A DNA stretch of 64,000 nucleotides from Candidatus Thorarchaeota archaeon (GCA_003345545.1 PRDH01000078.1:1-64000), one strand, 5' to 3'. Numbered from the stretch's first letter, positions 9,185 to 19,106 are shown. A program made the numbers and translations. The notes: generated by a model from the letters alone, not told the origin.

Positions 9185-10310
9185 GAGTTGTATAGGTGAG
9201 GCCTGATAGTGCCATTAATCGGTCAATCACCATGCTCGTTTCATTAGCTGTTATTCGTGCTCTAGCGTCAGCCTCAAGTATTGGCGTCGGAATTCCATAT
9301 TCTGGATGTTGCCACGAGAGAGGTAGTACTGCAGCTAATGCCTTGTCAACCTTCGATACATTCGCATTGGAGTCATCATCAATAAGGATCTCAATCCGTA
9401 GCGGAAGGTCATTTCGAGCTGTTTTCAGATAGGTCACCCAAATAGAAGAGGCCCAATTTCCCAAGTCGTCAGACTGCAGATTAGAATTGTTCTGAAGTTC
9501 TGACGAGTATCTAAAAACAAAGGATCTTTCGCCCTCTTCTAGGAATGTGTCCAGGATATCGCAGTCTCTGGATATTTTGAGTAGCCATCGGTAGTCGACT
9601 CCTTGCATCATCTCGAATATGGCTGGCTCACGTAGTATGTGGGGAAGGATATCCCCCAGTATGCTGGTAATCCTACTTGACCTACTATCCTTAACAATTC
9701 CTACAAGAGTTGTCCCTTTCTTACGTACCTTGTTGTACAGCTGTTTGTAGAGGGAGAGGACCTCTTGGAATTTCTCATAGACAACTGAACCACTCTGCGG
9801 CCGGTCTCGTGGATGGTAGAATAATGACCCATCGACGAGAATCAAGTCAGTATGAAATTCATCGAGAACTGAGAGGGTCACCCTGAGTTCTGCAGCAACC
9901 CTCTCTAAGGATGCGAGCTGATCTAACTCTGTTGCAGACAGAGTCAGCATCATTGGTCGAATCTGTGGTTCTGGAAATGGATCAGGAAAGAAATCAACAT
10001 CGGGACCCTCTTCTGGTCCAAAACGAAAAACGACTGCGATGCCTCTAATGAGAATCAAATCCATCGACCGGAACCGCCGTCTGACTAATCCACCGTCAAT
10101 ACCAGCAATCTGCAGACCAGAGAGACTGGTCGGTTCTATATTCTTGGTGAACGTTGTTTCAACGGCACAGGACGCAATAGCTGGGAATCTGTCAAGGCTG
10201 ATCATGTCTTTGATCCTGTGCAGGACTTCGCCAAAGCGGTTCTTTGTGACCTCGACTCGCTCTATTTCTTCAACGAGTTGGGATAACGCCTTGTCGAGAT
10301 TCTTATCCAC
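9144..10310 (-). CDS. nurA: NurA nuclease
   Basis: IAGIDGG, LILVDGSL, GIVKDSRS, YGIPTPILEADARA. Confidence 0.9.
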   Translation of the reverse strand: MDKNLDKALSQLVEEIERVEVTKNRFGEVLHRIKDMISLDRFPAIASCAVETTFTKNIEPTSLSGLQIAGIDGGLVRRRFRSMDLILIRGIAVVFRFGPEEGPDVDFFPDPFPEPQIRPMMLTLSATELDQLASLERVAAELRVTLSVLDEFHTDLILVDGSLFYHPRDRPQSGSVVYEKFQEVLSLYKQLYNKVRKKGTTLVGIVKDSRSSRITSILGDILPHILREPAIFEMMQGVDYRWLLKISRDCDILDTFLEEGERSFVFRYSSELQNNSNLQSDDLGNWASSIWVTYLKTARNDLPLRIEILIDDDSNANVSKVDKALAAVLPLSWQHPEYGIPTPILEADARARITANETSMVIDRLMALSGLTYTTLEKRRSRNPFGGS

Positions 10311-11989
10311 TATGACTTCACTCTCACTCTCTTATGTGCAAGAGCCGCCCTTATTAGTCCCAAGTAAAGTGGATGCGGCTCTCCAGGTCGGGATCTAAAC
10401 TCAGGATGGTATTGGACTCCAATCCAGAACGGGTGGCCAGCAAGTTCTATTGCGTTAATGATACTTTTACTGGAGTCATAGGCTGATACACTAAGACCTC
10501 TTTCGCACATCTTCTTCATGTATCTATCAATAAGATGGAATCGATGTCTGAATCGTTCTCTAACTACGTCAACACCATAGAGTTCGTGCAGTCGCGTGCC
10601 TTTGACGATATGGACAGTATGTCCTCCAAGCCGCATTGTACCACCCTTGTTCTCAGTGGTTTTTTGGTCGTCCATCAGGTCCACAACAGGATAAAGGCTG
10701 TCAGGATCGACCTCTGTGGTATTGGCACCCTTCCAACCCATTACTTTCCTCGCAAACGCAACAGTAGACAATTGTGCTCCATAGCAGATGCCCAAGAGAG
10801 GCATCTTGGACTTGAGGGCTAGTGCTGCAGCGCATATCATGCCCTCAACCCCTCGCGCTCCAAATCCGGGTGTAAGAAGCACTCCATCGATATCAGAGAG
10901 GTCTTCTTGAAGGCACTCTTCTGTGCTTCGTTCTTCTGTTTCAATCCATTTGATTTCAACACGAACGTTGCATGCGGCGGCAGCATGCGCCAATGCCTCA
11001 TTGATGCTCTTGTAGGAGTCAACAAGCATTGTGTATTTGCCTGGCATGGCTATTGTGACCGTTTCAGAGGGGCTCTGGAAGGATTGTACTATTTCGCGCC
11101 ATGCATCTGTATCAGGTCTGCGTGATTCGAGCTTGAAGTGATTGACCAAGATCTCTCCAAGGCCCTCCTCTTCAAATGACAGCGGAAGTTGGTAGATGAC
11201 AGATATGTCAGGATTAGAAAACACCTGCGCCTCCGGAACATTACAGAATAGCGCTATTTTCTTCTTTGATGAATCTGTGAGAGGTTTCTCAGACCTACAT
11301 ATCATTATGTCGGGTTGTATGCCAAGACTCTGAAGAGTCCGAACGCTGTGTTGTGTTGGCTTCGTCTTGAATTCTCCAACGGATTGCATGTAGGGAACTA
11401 GTGTCACATGGACAGCGGCAACTCGCTCTCGCCCAATCTCCCAGATAAGTTGTCTCACTGCCTCAAGGAACGGCATCGCTTCTATATCACCGACGGTTCC
11501 ACCAATCTCTACCAGTAAGACATCAGGCACAGAATCCTTTCCAACAACATCCCAGATTCTCTGTTTGATTCTCTCTGTGACATGAGGAATTATCTGAACA
11601 GTTCTTCCAAGAAATCCACCCTTCCGCTCCTCCATTATCACCGACATGTAAATCTGCCCAGAAGTTATGTTCTGAGATGGATGGGCTTCCATGCCGGTGA
11701 AGCGTTCATAGGTGCCAAAGTCCAAATCGACCTCGGAGATATGAAAGTCAAAGCCCTTCACAGGACTGAAGGTCCAAGTCTGGTCTGTGACAAAGACCTC
11801 GCCGTGCTCGATTGGGTTCAGAGTCCCTGGGTCTATGTTCAGATATGGGTCAATCTTGATTATTCGAACGCTATAGCCGCGAAACTGAAAAATCTTGGCA
11901 ATAGATGCTGTAGTCACACCCTTGCCGATACCTGAAAGAACTCCGCCAGTTATGAAGACGAATTTTGTGACTTTATTGACAGAACTCAA
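10310..11989 (-). CDS. pyrG: CTP synthase
   Basis: [55 protein letters not shown]. Confidence 0.98.
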   Translation of the reverse strand: MSSVNKVTKFVFITGGVLSGIGKGVTTASIAKIFQFRGYSVRIIKIDPYLNIDPGTLNPIEHGEVFVTDQTWTFSPVKGFDFHISEVDLDFGTYERFTGMEAHPSQNITSGQIYMSVIMEERKGGFLGRTVQIIPHVTERIKQRIWDVVGKDSVPDVLLVEIGGTVGDIEAMPFLEAVRQLIWEIGRERVAAVHVTLVPYMQSVGEFKTKPTQHSVRTLQSLGIQPDIMICRSEKPLTDSSKKKIALFCNVPEAQVFSNPDISVIYQLPLSFEEEGLGEILVNHFKLESRRPDTDAWREIVQSFQSPSETVTIAMPGKYTMLVDSYKSINEALAHAAAACNVRVEIKWIETEERSTEECLQEDLSDIDGVLLTPGFGARGVEGMICAAALALKSKMPLLGICYGAQLSTVAFARKVMGWKGANTTEVDPDSLYPVVDLMDDQKTTENKGGTMRLGGHTVHIVKGTRLHELYGVDVVRERFRHRFHLIDRYMKKMCERGLSVSAYDSSKSIINAIELAGHPFWIGVQYHPEFRSRPGEPHPLYLGLIRAALAHKRVRVKS

Positions 11990-12109
11990 GACCGTTGACC
12001 CCTATTCAACATACTTTCTGACTCTTTCAATAGATTACTAGAATTATGGCTACAGTCACAGCTGTTCGTATAAAGGGTTCGTTAGGTTCTGCCATATCAG
12101 CGCCATTCA

Positions 12110-12697
12110 TCACGAGATTGGGTTGGCAAGGATGCTGGCTCTCATGGCTGCTTGGAAAATGTACTGGAATGCTTCAAGTATATTATAACCATCTGTGGCA
12201 ATACTGTGGAAAACAGGTACTGATAGTGGCAACCTGAAGAGTACGCGTAGCTGGTCCTCTTGAACAGCCTCTGGTAAGTCTTGTTTATTGAGACAGATAA
12301 CAACTGGAAGCGGCCTCTCTTCTTCCATAATCATGGACATGAGTTCATTCCAACTTGCTAGGTCTTCATCAAGAAGATTGCCTTGGGAATCAGCCATGAA
12401 AACAACCCCGTCAGCTCCTACAAGGACGACTTCTCTTGTGGATCTGTAGAAATCTTGTCCTGTTGCAGACCAAATGTGAGCGTTGATGGTCCAGCTCTCA
12501 CTGAGAGGAAATGGTATCGTTCCAAAGTCACAGAACATGGTTCGGCCAGCAGTATTTTCGATTGATGTGAGCTTGTCAGTGTAGTCAAGCATCGAGAACA
12601 ACCATCGTATTGCAGTCGTCTTTCCGCTCATTGCAGGTCCAAAGAACACAATCTTGAGACCGACTGTCCGATTACCATAATCAATAATCACTTTCAT
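12110..12697 (-). CDS. MglA-type (Arf/Rag-related) small GTPase
   Basis: G1 GPAMSGKTT, G2 GRTMFCDFG (cf. MglA RTLFFDF), G3 WSATGQ, G4 NKQD, G5 SIA; likely start MKVIIDY at 12697 because the longer track ORF overlaps the upstream gene. Confidence 0.9.
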   Translation of the reverse strand: MKVIIDYGNRTVGLKIVFFGPAMSGKTTAIRWLFSMLDYTDKLTSIENTAGRTMFCDFGTIPFPLSESWTINAHIWSATGQDFYRSTREVVLVGADGVVFMADSQGNLLDEDLASWNELMSMIMEEERPLPVVICLNKQDLPEAVQEDQLRVLFRLPLSVPVFHSIATDGYNILEAFQYIFQAAMRASILANPIS

Positions 12698-12707
12698 TAC
12701 CCCTGGT

Positions 12708-13628
12708 TCATGTACCCCACATACTGTCAACCCACGCTCCAAGCCCAGAAATTGTTCCAAGTTTGACACAGTCTGAGAAGTCCTCATGCCATTCTGCTCT
12801 GATGAAGCGAATGAGATCGGGCAACTCTCCACCATCCCAACCAATTGCTTCATACAGATTTCTCTCCGTGAGGGTGGTTGATGCGCCAAGTTCTCTAGCA
12901 AGCCGAATTCGGGATAGAAGGGTGACAGCCCTTCTTGCCGCATGAACATAATTGTTCACTTCCTCCTCAAAGACATCTTGAGTCAGTTTCTCAGATTCAT
13001 CGCCAAGCTTCAGTACAGCGCTAATGATATGTTCAGAAACATTCATACCTCTCAGAGACTTGGTAAGAAGACGTCTGATTCTCTCGAGAGACTGTCCTTT
13101 CCGAACTAGGATTTTGCCAACAATGCGCTTTTCCACATTGTGGCTGCTATCTATGGGCCTGATGAGAGAAAAGTACATCGAGGAGGGAGATGCGACACGT
13201 AGTATTCCGCAGTTGCCTGAGTTACAGAGAATATGAGAAACGACATCTTCAAGGGTTTTCTCATTGACTTCGAAACCAAAGACTGTTGAACCAAGAGGGA
13301 TTGCGAGAGTCCAACCAGCATATCGTGTGATTCTATCAAGAGCCAGCCTGAGATTCCCAGAGAGACCACATACAACCGTTCTACTCACTTCGTAATCATG
13401 CTTCTCTTCATCCCAGACTGAGAGAATTTCTGATTCGGATGTGAAGTCTCGCCAAAAGACAAGTTTGTGCCGATGGGGGCTGAGCGCTGTGAGACTCTCA
13501 GCAACATCATCAATAAGTTCGATATCTTCACCTGCTACAATTACAGGTATCCGTTCTAATACTGAGTGCAGGAGTAACGGAAACTGTTCATCCATTAGCT
13601 CAATCATGTGTAGTATTGAGTACGTCAT
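12708..13628 (-). CDS. Putative DENN/folliculin-like core-domain protein
   Basis: N-terminus FPLLLHSVLERIPVIVAGEDIELIDDVAESLTALSP fits the helix-strand-helix start of cDENN domains; lies between Roadblock and GTPase genes. The ORF is certain, the family call is by eye. Confidence 0.55.
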   Translation of the reverse strand: MTYSILHMIELMDEQFPLLLHSVLERIPVIVAGEDIELIDDVAESLTALSPHRHKLVFWRDFTSESEILSVWDEEKHDYEVSRTVVCGLSGNLRLALDRITRYAGWTLAIPLGSTVFGFEVNEKTLEDVVSHILCNSGNCGILRVASPSSMYFSLIRPIDSSHNVEKRIVGKILVRKGQSLERIRRLLTKSLRGMNVSEHIISAVLKLGDESEKLTQDVFEEEVNNYVHAARRAVTLLSRIRLARELGASTTLTERNLYEAIGWDGGELPDLIRFIRAEWHEDFSDCVKLGTISGLGAWVDSMWGT

Positions 13629-14572
13629 TTGGCTCTCCTCGCTAGCATCAATCCACCATCAGAACCCCCCGCAAGAAGAAGCTCCTTCAAGTCCTCTGGA
13701 ACTGCTGGCTTCACCATTGACACGGAGGTTAGGACTCTTCGAATCTCGTCGATATAGTGTTTCAGGAGTAATCTCATTAGACCAAGTTTCTGGCTGTCCT
13801 TGTCTACCCACAGGCTGAACACACCATTGGGCACCGCATAAATGAAGTGTCGAGTGGTGCCAGTTTCGCACAGAACGGTCTGTAGAGAGCTGTTACGTAG
13901 AGTTCTTACGACCCGTTCCGATGCATCATGAAGTGCAAAGGACATAGCGGCAAGCCGATCATTTGTGAATCCTTCAAGTGATACACGAACACCCCCACTC
14001 AGGGACAAGAACACTGAACCTATGTTAGGAATACAGTCATGAACCTGCCGGAGAAGGGCTCTCAGAGTCAGCGCCTGAGATCTATCTAGTGAAATTACTG
14101 AGCGGGATATTCCATGGATTGTACCACGGCCCTCAGCTACTGCAAATCCTTCCAGTACACGCTTTGTTTCATCATTACTATAGGATCGGAGTGGTGGAAG
14201 CCTTCCATCAACATGCTGCCTGAGAAGAAAATCTAGTCGTGAAAGACTGTCTTTCATCTCAATGAAGAGAGCAGCAAGGTTCACGCGTGGGGCTGTTGTG
14301 ACAGTGAGAAAGTAATCAGAATCGTTGGGGAGGGATGCTAAGAATACCTTGGAAGTTTCCGATTCCATCAATAGATACTTGAAATCGCCATGAATCAGCT
14401 TAGCTACTCCAAAAATGGCACATGTTGATGATGCTACAGCAAAGACCTCTTCCTTACTGAACCATACTCCTGCACTCGCTACAGGAAGTCCGTCTTTCTG
14501 GATTAAAACGACATTTTCTACACCTGTGATTGCCTTTATGTTCTGTAGGGTTTCGGTCATTTCGTCGCTCAA
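13625..14572 (-). CDS. Tandem Roadblock/LC7 (MglB/LAMTOR-like) protein
   Basis: Two Roadblock repeats: GVENVVLIQKDGLPVAS..NLAALFIEMK and NIGSVFLSLSGGVRVS..KLGLMRLLLK. Confidence 0.85.
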   Translation of the reverse strand: MSDEMTETLQNIKAITGVENVVLIQKDGLPVASAGVWFSKEEVFAVASSTCAIFGVAKLIHGDFKYLLMESETSKVFLASLPNDSDYFLTVTTAPRVNLAALFIEMKDSLSRLDFLLRQHVDGRLPPLRSYSNDETKRVLEGFAVAEGRGTIHGISRSVISLDRSQALTLRALLRQVHDCIPNIGSVFLSLSGGVRVSLEGFTNDRLAAMSFALHDASERVVRTLRNSSLQTVLCETGTTRHFIYAVPNGVFSLWVDKDSQKLGLMRLLLKHYIDEIRRVLTSVSMVKPAVPEDLKELLLAGGSDGGLMLARRAK

Positions 14573-14623
14573 GTACTCTCAGCCCCAGAAAACGGGTAAG
14601 TTCAAAGTAGAATCCAAACTGCA

Positions 14624-14632
14624 GTATATAAT
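14624..14632 (-). promoter_or_regulatory. Putative TATA box for the Roadblock-DENN-GTPase operon
   Basis: ATTATATAC on the minus strand about 50 bp upstream of the 14572 start. Confidence 0.4.
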
Positions 14633-14701
14633 CTCCACAGAATCACAGAACTAATGCAAAGTAATACTGCATGACGACGAGAGATAGCGCCTCTCACTGT
14701 C

Positions 14702-16006
14702 TTACATGTGGATTAGCGCAGTATCTGGCACATCCTGAAAGACTTCGCGGGCGGCACGACCAACCTTTGCTCTATTCTTGTCAAATGTATAGACACGAAT
14801 TACATCTAGATATCCCTTCATCATCTCTGCAATATTGGAGTAGTCAGAGAGGTTGTGAGACACCTTTTTGCCATCTACTATCTCAAAGATGGCAATTTCC
14901 ATCGGGTTGAGCTGATGGGGATTGTAAGGGACCGAAGGCAGTGTAGGTACATCAACAATAACCTCATGATTTTCGACTCCAGCGATTGATGCAATCTCCT
15001 CTTCTATGCTCTCACGCACTTTTCTCTTTGTGAGGACCTTGGAAACGAATCTGTCTTGAGTATGAAGCACTTTCTCAAATGCAGATTTATACAGAACTCT
15101 TGAGTCCAAGAGACTCATCATTGTTGCCGCTTCTTTTGCGTAGTCTGATTCAGTCGGATCAATACCACGCATCATTGATACCAGAGACATATCATCTAAG
15201 AGCAAGAATTCTTCAGGGGTCTTGAAGCTGGTCAGATGTAGAACATTGTCTGCAGCATTGATGAGCTTGACAAGCATGACTTCGACACTGCGTACGGTTT
15301 TATGGTAATAGACATTCAAGAACATCTCATAGCGTGCCACAAGAAACGCTTCAAGTGCACCTCTGGCAGCAAGACTGAACTCCAACTGATATCTCTTTGA
15401 AACCTCAAGGCTGTCAATCAAGCGATGAATATCGACCAAGCCGTAGTTTACTCCGCAGTAGAATGAGTCCCGGGTCAGATAGTCCATCTTGTCTGCGTCC
15501 ACCTGTCCCGCAACAATGCCGCTCACGATAGCATCTTTCTTGGTGGTTCTACGACCGCGGACTAGATCAGCGATTCTCTTCTTGGAGATTCCCCCCGCTT
15601 CAAGGATTTCTCCAATTTCACTCTCTAAGACAAGCCATTCAGTAACATCTTCGTGGTTCCATCCTCTGTTCTCAATGAGTGATTCTTCAAAGACATGGCT
15701 AAAGGGGCCATGACCTAAGTCGTGAAGAAGGCCCGCTACACGTACGTCCTGTAGAACATCATCGCCCATTCCAGCTTCGTGGAGCAACTTCTTTCCCGTC
15801 CGACCTGCAAGGTGCATGGCACCCATGCAATGAGAGAATCGTGTATGCTCAGCAGTCGGGTACACATAGTGACCACCTGAAAGCTGTTTGATTCTACGGA
15901 GCCTCTGGAAGGTTTCGGAGTTGATTACTTTAGCTTCAATTTCAGTCAATCCAATGAAACCATGAATCGGGTCATTGATTTCCATGACAAAGTCCATTTC
16001 AGTCAC
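14702..16006 (-). CDS. HD-superfamily phosphohydrolase (COG1078, SAMHD1/dNTPase-like)
   Basis: DPIHG, FQRLRRIKQL, HTRFSH, LLHDLGHGPFSH, DADKMDYL.RD, VYYHKT. Confidence 0.92.
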   Translation of the reverse strand: MTEMDFVMEINDPIHGFIGLTEIEAKVINSETFQRLRRIKQLSGGHYVYPTAEHTRFSHCMGAMHLAGRTGKKLLHEAGMGDDVLQDVRVAGLLHDLGHGPFSHVFEESLIENRGWNHEDVTEWLVLESEIGEILEAGGISKKRIADLVRGRRTTKKDAIVSGIVAGQVDADKMDYLTRDSFYCGVNYGLVDIHRLIDSLEVSKRYQLEFSLAARGALEAFLVARYEMFLNVYYHKTVRSVEVMLVKLINAADNVLHLTSFKTPEEFLLLDDMSLVSMMRGIDPTESDYAKEAATMMSLLDSRVLYKSAFEKVLHTQDRFVSKVLTKRKVRESIEEEIASIAGVENHEVIVDVPTLPSVPYNPHQLNPMEIAIFEIVDGKKVSHNLSDYSNIAEMMKGYLDVIRVYTFDKNRAKVGRAAREVFQDVPDTALIHM

Positions 16007-16018
16007 TCCCCTCGGAAT

Positions 16019-16762
16019 TTACATTTCAGGACTAAAGGATCTGATTGTTTGTATTAGCTGGTCGGCTGACTTGATTTCAGAAACGCACAGTGGAAGGTGA
16101 ATGCTATCGGCAATCTTTACAGCAAGAGGATCCAGTTCTTTCACACCGTGAAGGATTACAGCAGCAGGTTTCACTGCCACGGATGTACCAATTTGACTCG
16201 CCTTGATAGCCACCATGGGGGACCTACCCGAAGACACGTTCGTAAGAATAGCAGCACGTTGAGTTGTTCCGCCATAGAGCCGCAGGAGCTGCTGCGGCGT
16301 AAGACTGACTATAGCCTTGATGCTATCAAGAGCTGTATAACCATAGATGTCTCGATCAAGCAAATTGGGGTGAGTGAGCACTTTGCAGTTGAGATGCTCG
16401 ACTAGTAGTCTTGCAGGAATTGGAAATCCAAACTCGCGGCTATCAAGTATAGCATCGGATGCGATTTCAGGAGCAATGAGTTTCTCTAGAGCTACAGCAA
16501 CACGACTTCCTTCTGCGGCATCCATTTCAATGAGTCCTTCAACGAATCGTCTAATGGTTTCAACTCTAGGGGATTTTCTTCTTCCACTCTCGTAATCACT
16601 GATAACTGAGGGAGAGACATCAAGGGATTTGGCAAGGCTCTTCTGTGATATATGAAATCGCTCACGCCACCTTCTCATCACAGAACCTGGGTCAATCTCA
16701 GCAAGACAGATTTCACCTGCCATTGCCTCTGCAAGCCTTCGTAGTGGTTCACTCCAGTCCAT
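16019..16762 (-). CDS. Archaeal Cro/C1-HTH transcriptional regulator (COG1709-like)
   Basis: MAGEI, RRWRERFHISQ..LA..LDVSPSVISDYESGRRKSP, GRSPMVAIK. Confidence 0.88.
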   Translation of the reverse strand: MDWSEPLRRLAEAMAGEICLAEIDPGSVMRRWRERFHISQKSLAKSLDVSPSVISDYESGRRKSPRVETIRRFVEGLIEMDAAEGSRVAVALEKLIAPEIASDAILDSREFGFPIPARLLVEHLNCKVLTHPNLLDRDIYGYTALDSIKAIVSLTPQQLLRLYGGTTQRAAILTNVSSGRSPMVAIKASQIGTSVAVKPAAVILHGVKELDPLAVKIADSIHLPLCVSEIKSADQLIQTIRSFSPEM

Positions 16763-16880
16763 ATCTTCCCTGCTTTCCCAGAGTATAGATAAGACTTGTG
16801 CAGAATGCATAGAAATCGTGGTGACAAACCTACCGAAGAACTCATAGCAGGGAACTTACTTTTCTATGTGGGTTCTGTCG

Positions 16881-17645
16881 ATGTTCTTCATATTTGTAGT
16901 TGGAACAGCAGGTTCTGGAAAGTCACTCCTTACCGCATCGCTTGAGAAGTGGTTAGTGGAATCCGACTTGAGTGTCGCAGTTGTTAACCTGGATCCGGGT
17001 GTTGAAAGTCCACCATATTCAGCTGATGTAGATATCCGAGAGTATGTCAATTATGGAGAAGTGATGGAGAATTTTGGGCTTGGCCCCAACGGGGCACTTG
17101 TTGCATCCTTGGACATGGGAGTAAGCAGTGTTGATGATTTACGAGAAGAAATCGTTGAAACTGAGAGCAACTATGTGCTTGTGGATTGCCCAGGGCAAAT
17201 GGAGCTCTTCGCCTATCGGAATTCAGGCCCCTTGATGGTATCAGGACTCAGAGGGGATGATCCCTCGTTATCATTATATCTCTTGGATTCAAACATTGCA
17301 AGAACGGCCTCCGGTTATCTCTCTTCGATGTTACTTGGATTATCGATTAATATTCGATTTGGGCTACCACAGCTAAGTATACTCAGCAAATCCGACATTC
17401 TTATGGAGGACGAGATAGAAGAGATTGTACAATGGGGTTCAGAACTGCACCTACTTGAAGAGGCGCTTGAGCAATCCTCAGAAGGCCTAGTCAGAGAGTA
17501 TGCCAAAGCTATCTTGGATATGTTAGGTAGCATTGGAACAATGAGCGATACTATCCCAGTGTCAGCCAAAGATATGACAGGATTCGACATTCTGTATGGT
17601 GAAATGCAGCGCATCTTCTTAGGTGGAGATAATCTTTACGAGTAG
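16881..17645 (+). CDS. gpn: GPN-loop GTPase
   Basis: GTAGSGKS, VNLDPG, LGPNG, DCPGQMELF, SKSD, VSA. Confidence 0.95.
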   Translation: MFFIFVVGTAGSGKSLLTASLEKWLVESDLSVAVVNLDPGVESPPYSADVDIREYVNYGEVMENFGLGPNGALVASLDMGVSSVDDLREEIVETESNYVLVDCPGQMELFAYRNSGPLMVSGLRGDDPSLSLYLLDSNIARTASGYLSSMLLGLSINIRFGLPQLSILSKSDILMEDEIEEIVQWGSELHLLEEALEQSSEGLVREYAKAILDMLGSIGTMSDTIPVSAKDMTGFDILYGEMQRIFLGGDNLYE

Positions 17646-18681
17646 TGATGTCTACTTGATGGATTGTTTCGCTCAGGTGTCTGGTGAGAATCTGGATTTA
17701 GCAAAAGCTGAGATAGAAGCCCTAGCCAGACTCTGTCCAACTGATATGGTGATCTCATGGTTTGGACGTATAGCGAAATTGCAGACACCAGTCAGTCCTG
17801 TAGAGTTTCTCTTGGATAGGGCAGCGCTTGTCCAGAGAGCTGGTGTCCTTCTCGGTGAAGTCATTCATGATGAATCCATAACCGAGATGATCTCAGACGA
17901 CATCTGGAGGGCCAATGTATTGCCTGCGGACAAGTTCTCAGTAAGGACAATGTGTATTGGCAGAGGATATGATTCGAGAAAAAGAACCGAGATTGAGAAG
18001 GATTTGGGAGCACACATCCAGAACATTACTGGTGCAGAAGTAGAATTGAGAGCGCCGAAGACACAGATTCTGGTAATCATTGTGCCAAAGCGAATTCTCG
18101 TATGCAAGTCAAGTGAGTCCAGACTCAGGCGCTTGCTACGTACAAGGGAACCAGGAAAGAAACCATTCTTCCATCCAACTATGATGAACAGCACTTTGGC
18201 AAGAGTAATGTGTAACTTGGCTGGAGTCAGACCGGGCAATACTGTACTGGATCCGTTTTGCGGCGGAGGAGGAATTCTATGCGAGGCTTCGCATATTGGA
18301 GCTGTGGTAGTGGGCAGTGATTTAAATTGGAGATTGTTGGCCGGTGCAAAAAGGAATCTGAGTGAAATAAGTGCACAATACTCCGTACTGCAAGCTGATG
18401 CTCGGTATCTTCCTATTCAGACTGTAAATCATATTGTCACAGACCCGCCATATGGTCGTTCTAGCTCAACAAGAGGCACTGAGTCGAAGAAACTGATTGA
18501 CTCTCTTCTGAGGAGAGTTCCCTCTCTTCTTCAACCAGGAGAAGAGAATCTATGTGTTTGTGGCAGCACTGAGATGGGATTGCCTGAAATGATTCTAGAT
18601 GGTGGTTTCACTCTCGGCCGTGACATCAGAGTGAGTGTGCATAGAGGACTTGTCCGAGAGATTGTGACGGCCAATCTCTAG
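17623..18681 (+). CDS. trm11: tRNA (guanine-10-N2) methyltransferase Trm11/TrmG10 (THUMP plus MTase domains)
   Basis: KPFFHP, ARVMCNL, LDPFCGGGGIL, VTDPPYGRS, VHRGLVR; true start may be ATG 17659. Confidence 0.88.
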   Translation: MEIIFTSSDVYLMDCFAQVSGENLDLAKAEIEALARLCPTDMVISWFGRIAKLQTPVSPVEFLLDRAALVQRAGVLLGEVIHDESITEMISDDIWRANVLPADKFSVRTMCIGRGYDSRKRTEIEKDLGAHIQNITGAEVELRAPKTQILVIIVPKRILVCKSSESRLRRLLRTREPGKKPFFHPTMMNSTLARVMCNLAGVRPGNTVLDPFCGGGGILCEASHIGAVVVGSDLNWRLLAGAKRNLSEISAQYSVLQADARYLPIQTVNHIVTDPPYGRSSSTRGTESKKLIDSLLRRVPSLLQPGEENLCVCGSTEMGLPEMILDGGFTLGRDIRVSVHRGLVREIVTANL

Positions 18682-19106
18682 CTAATCACTTTCCCGTCCT
18701 TGGTCCTTGGACAGAACCAATCAAGGAATTCTCGAAAAAGAGGGACGCTTGTGAAGAGAAGGTGAATCTCAATGGAACCTAGGGGAGGGTTCTCATCATC
18801 ATTGTCTATCAATCGAAATTTCCCAACAAATGCTGCTTGTTTGTCAAGATGTATGCTCGTCGTGTACTCAAGATCGTTGAAGTTCTTCAAGAGCCTCGTG
18901 CGGACTGCTGCAAGTATCCGCTTCTCATGGATAGCCTGTTTCACCAATGAAAGACGATCTCGATCAGTGTCTGTGGAGGTCATCTCTAGGATTTGATCGT
19001 GCTTGACTATCCCAAGTGGGATGTCACCCAGATGAGTTTCTACTGCCTTCTTTACTCTCTCAGTATCTTCGGTCGGATGAACTGGACATCGGATGGTAAT
19101 TTCCAT
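18678..19106 (-). CDS. DUF54/COG1931 predicted RNA-binding protein
   Basis: VHPTED..RVKKAV, LDKQAAFVG, PPLGSI, WFCPRTKDGK. Confidence 0.85.
   Translation of the reverse strand: MEITIRCPVHPTEDTERVKKAVETHLGDIPLGIVKHDQILEMTSTDTDRDRLSLVKQAIHEKRILAAVRTRLLKNFNDLEYTTSIHLDKQAAFVGKFRLIDNDDENPPLGSIEIHLLFTSVPLFREFLDWFCPRTKDGKVIS

Noticed and set aside
12698-12949. 84-aa N-terminal extension of the small GTPase in the ORF track
   Set aside because: It overlaps the upstream gene in another frame; the MglA-like sequence starts at MKVIIDY (12697)
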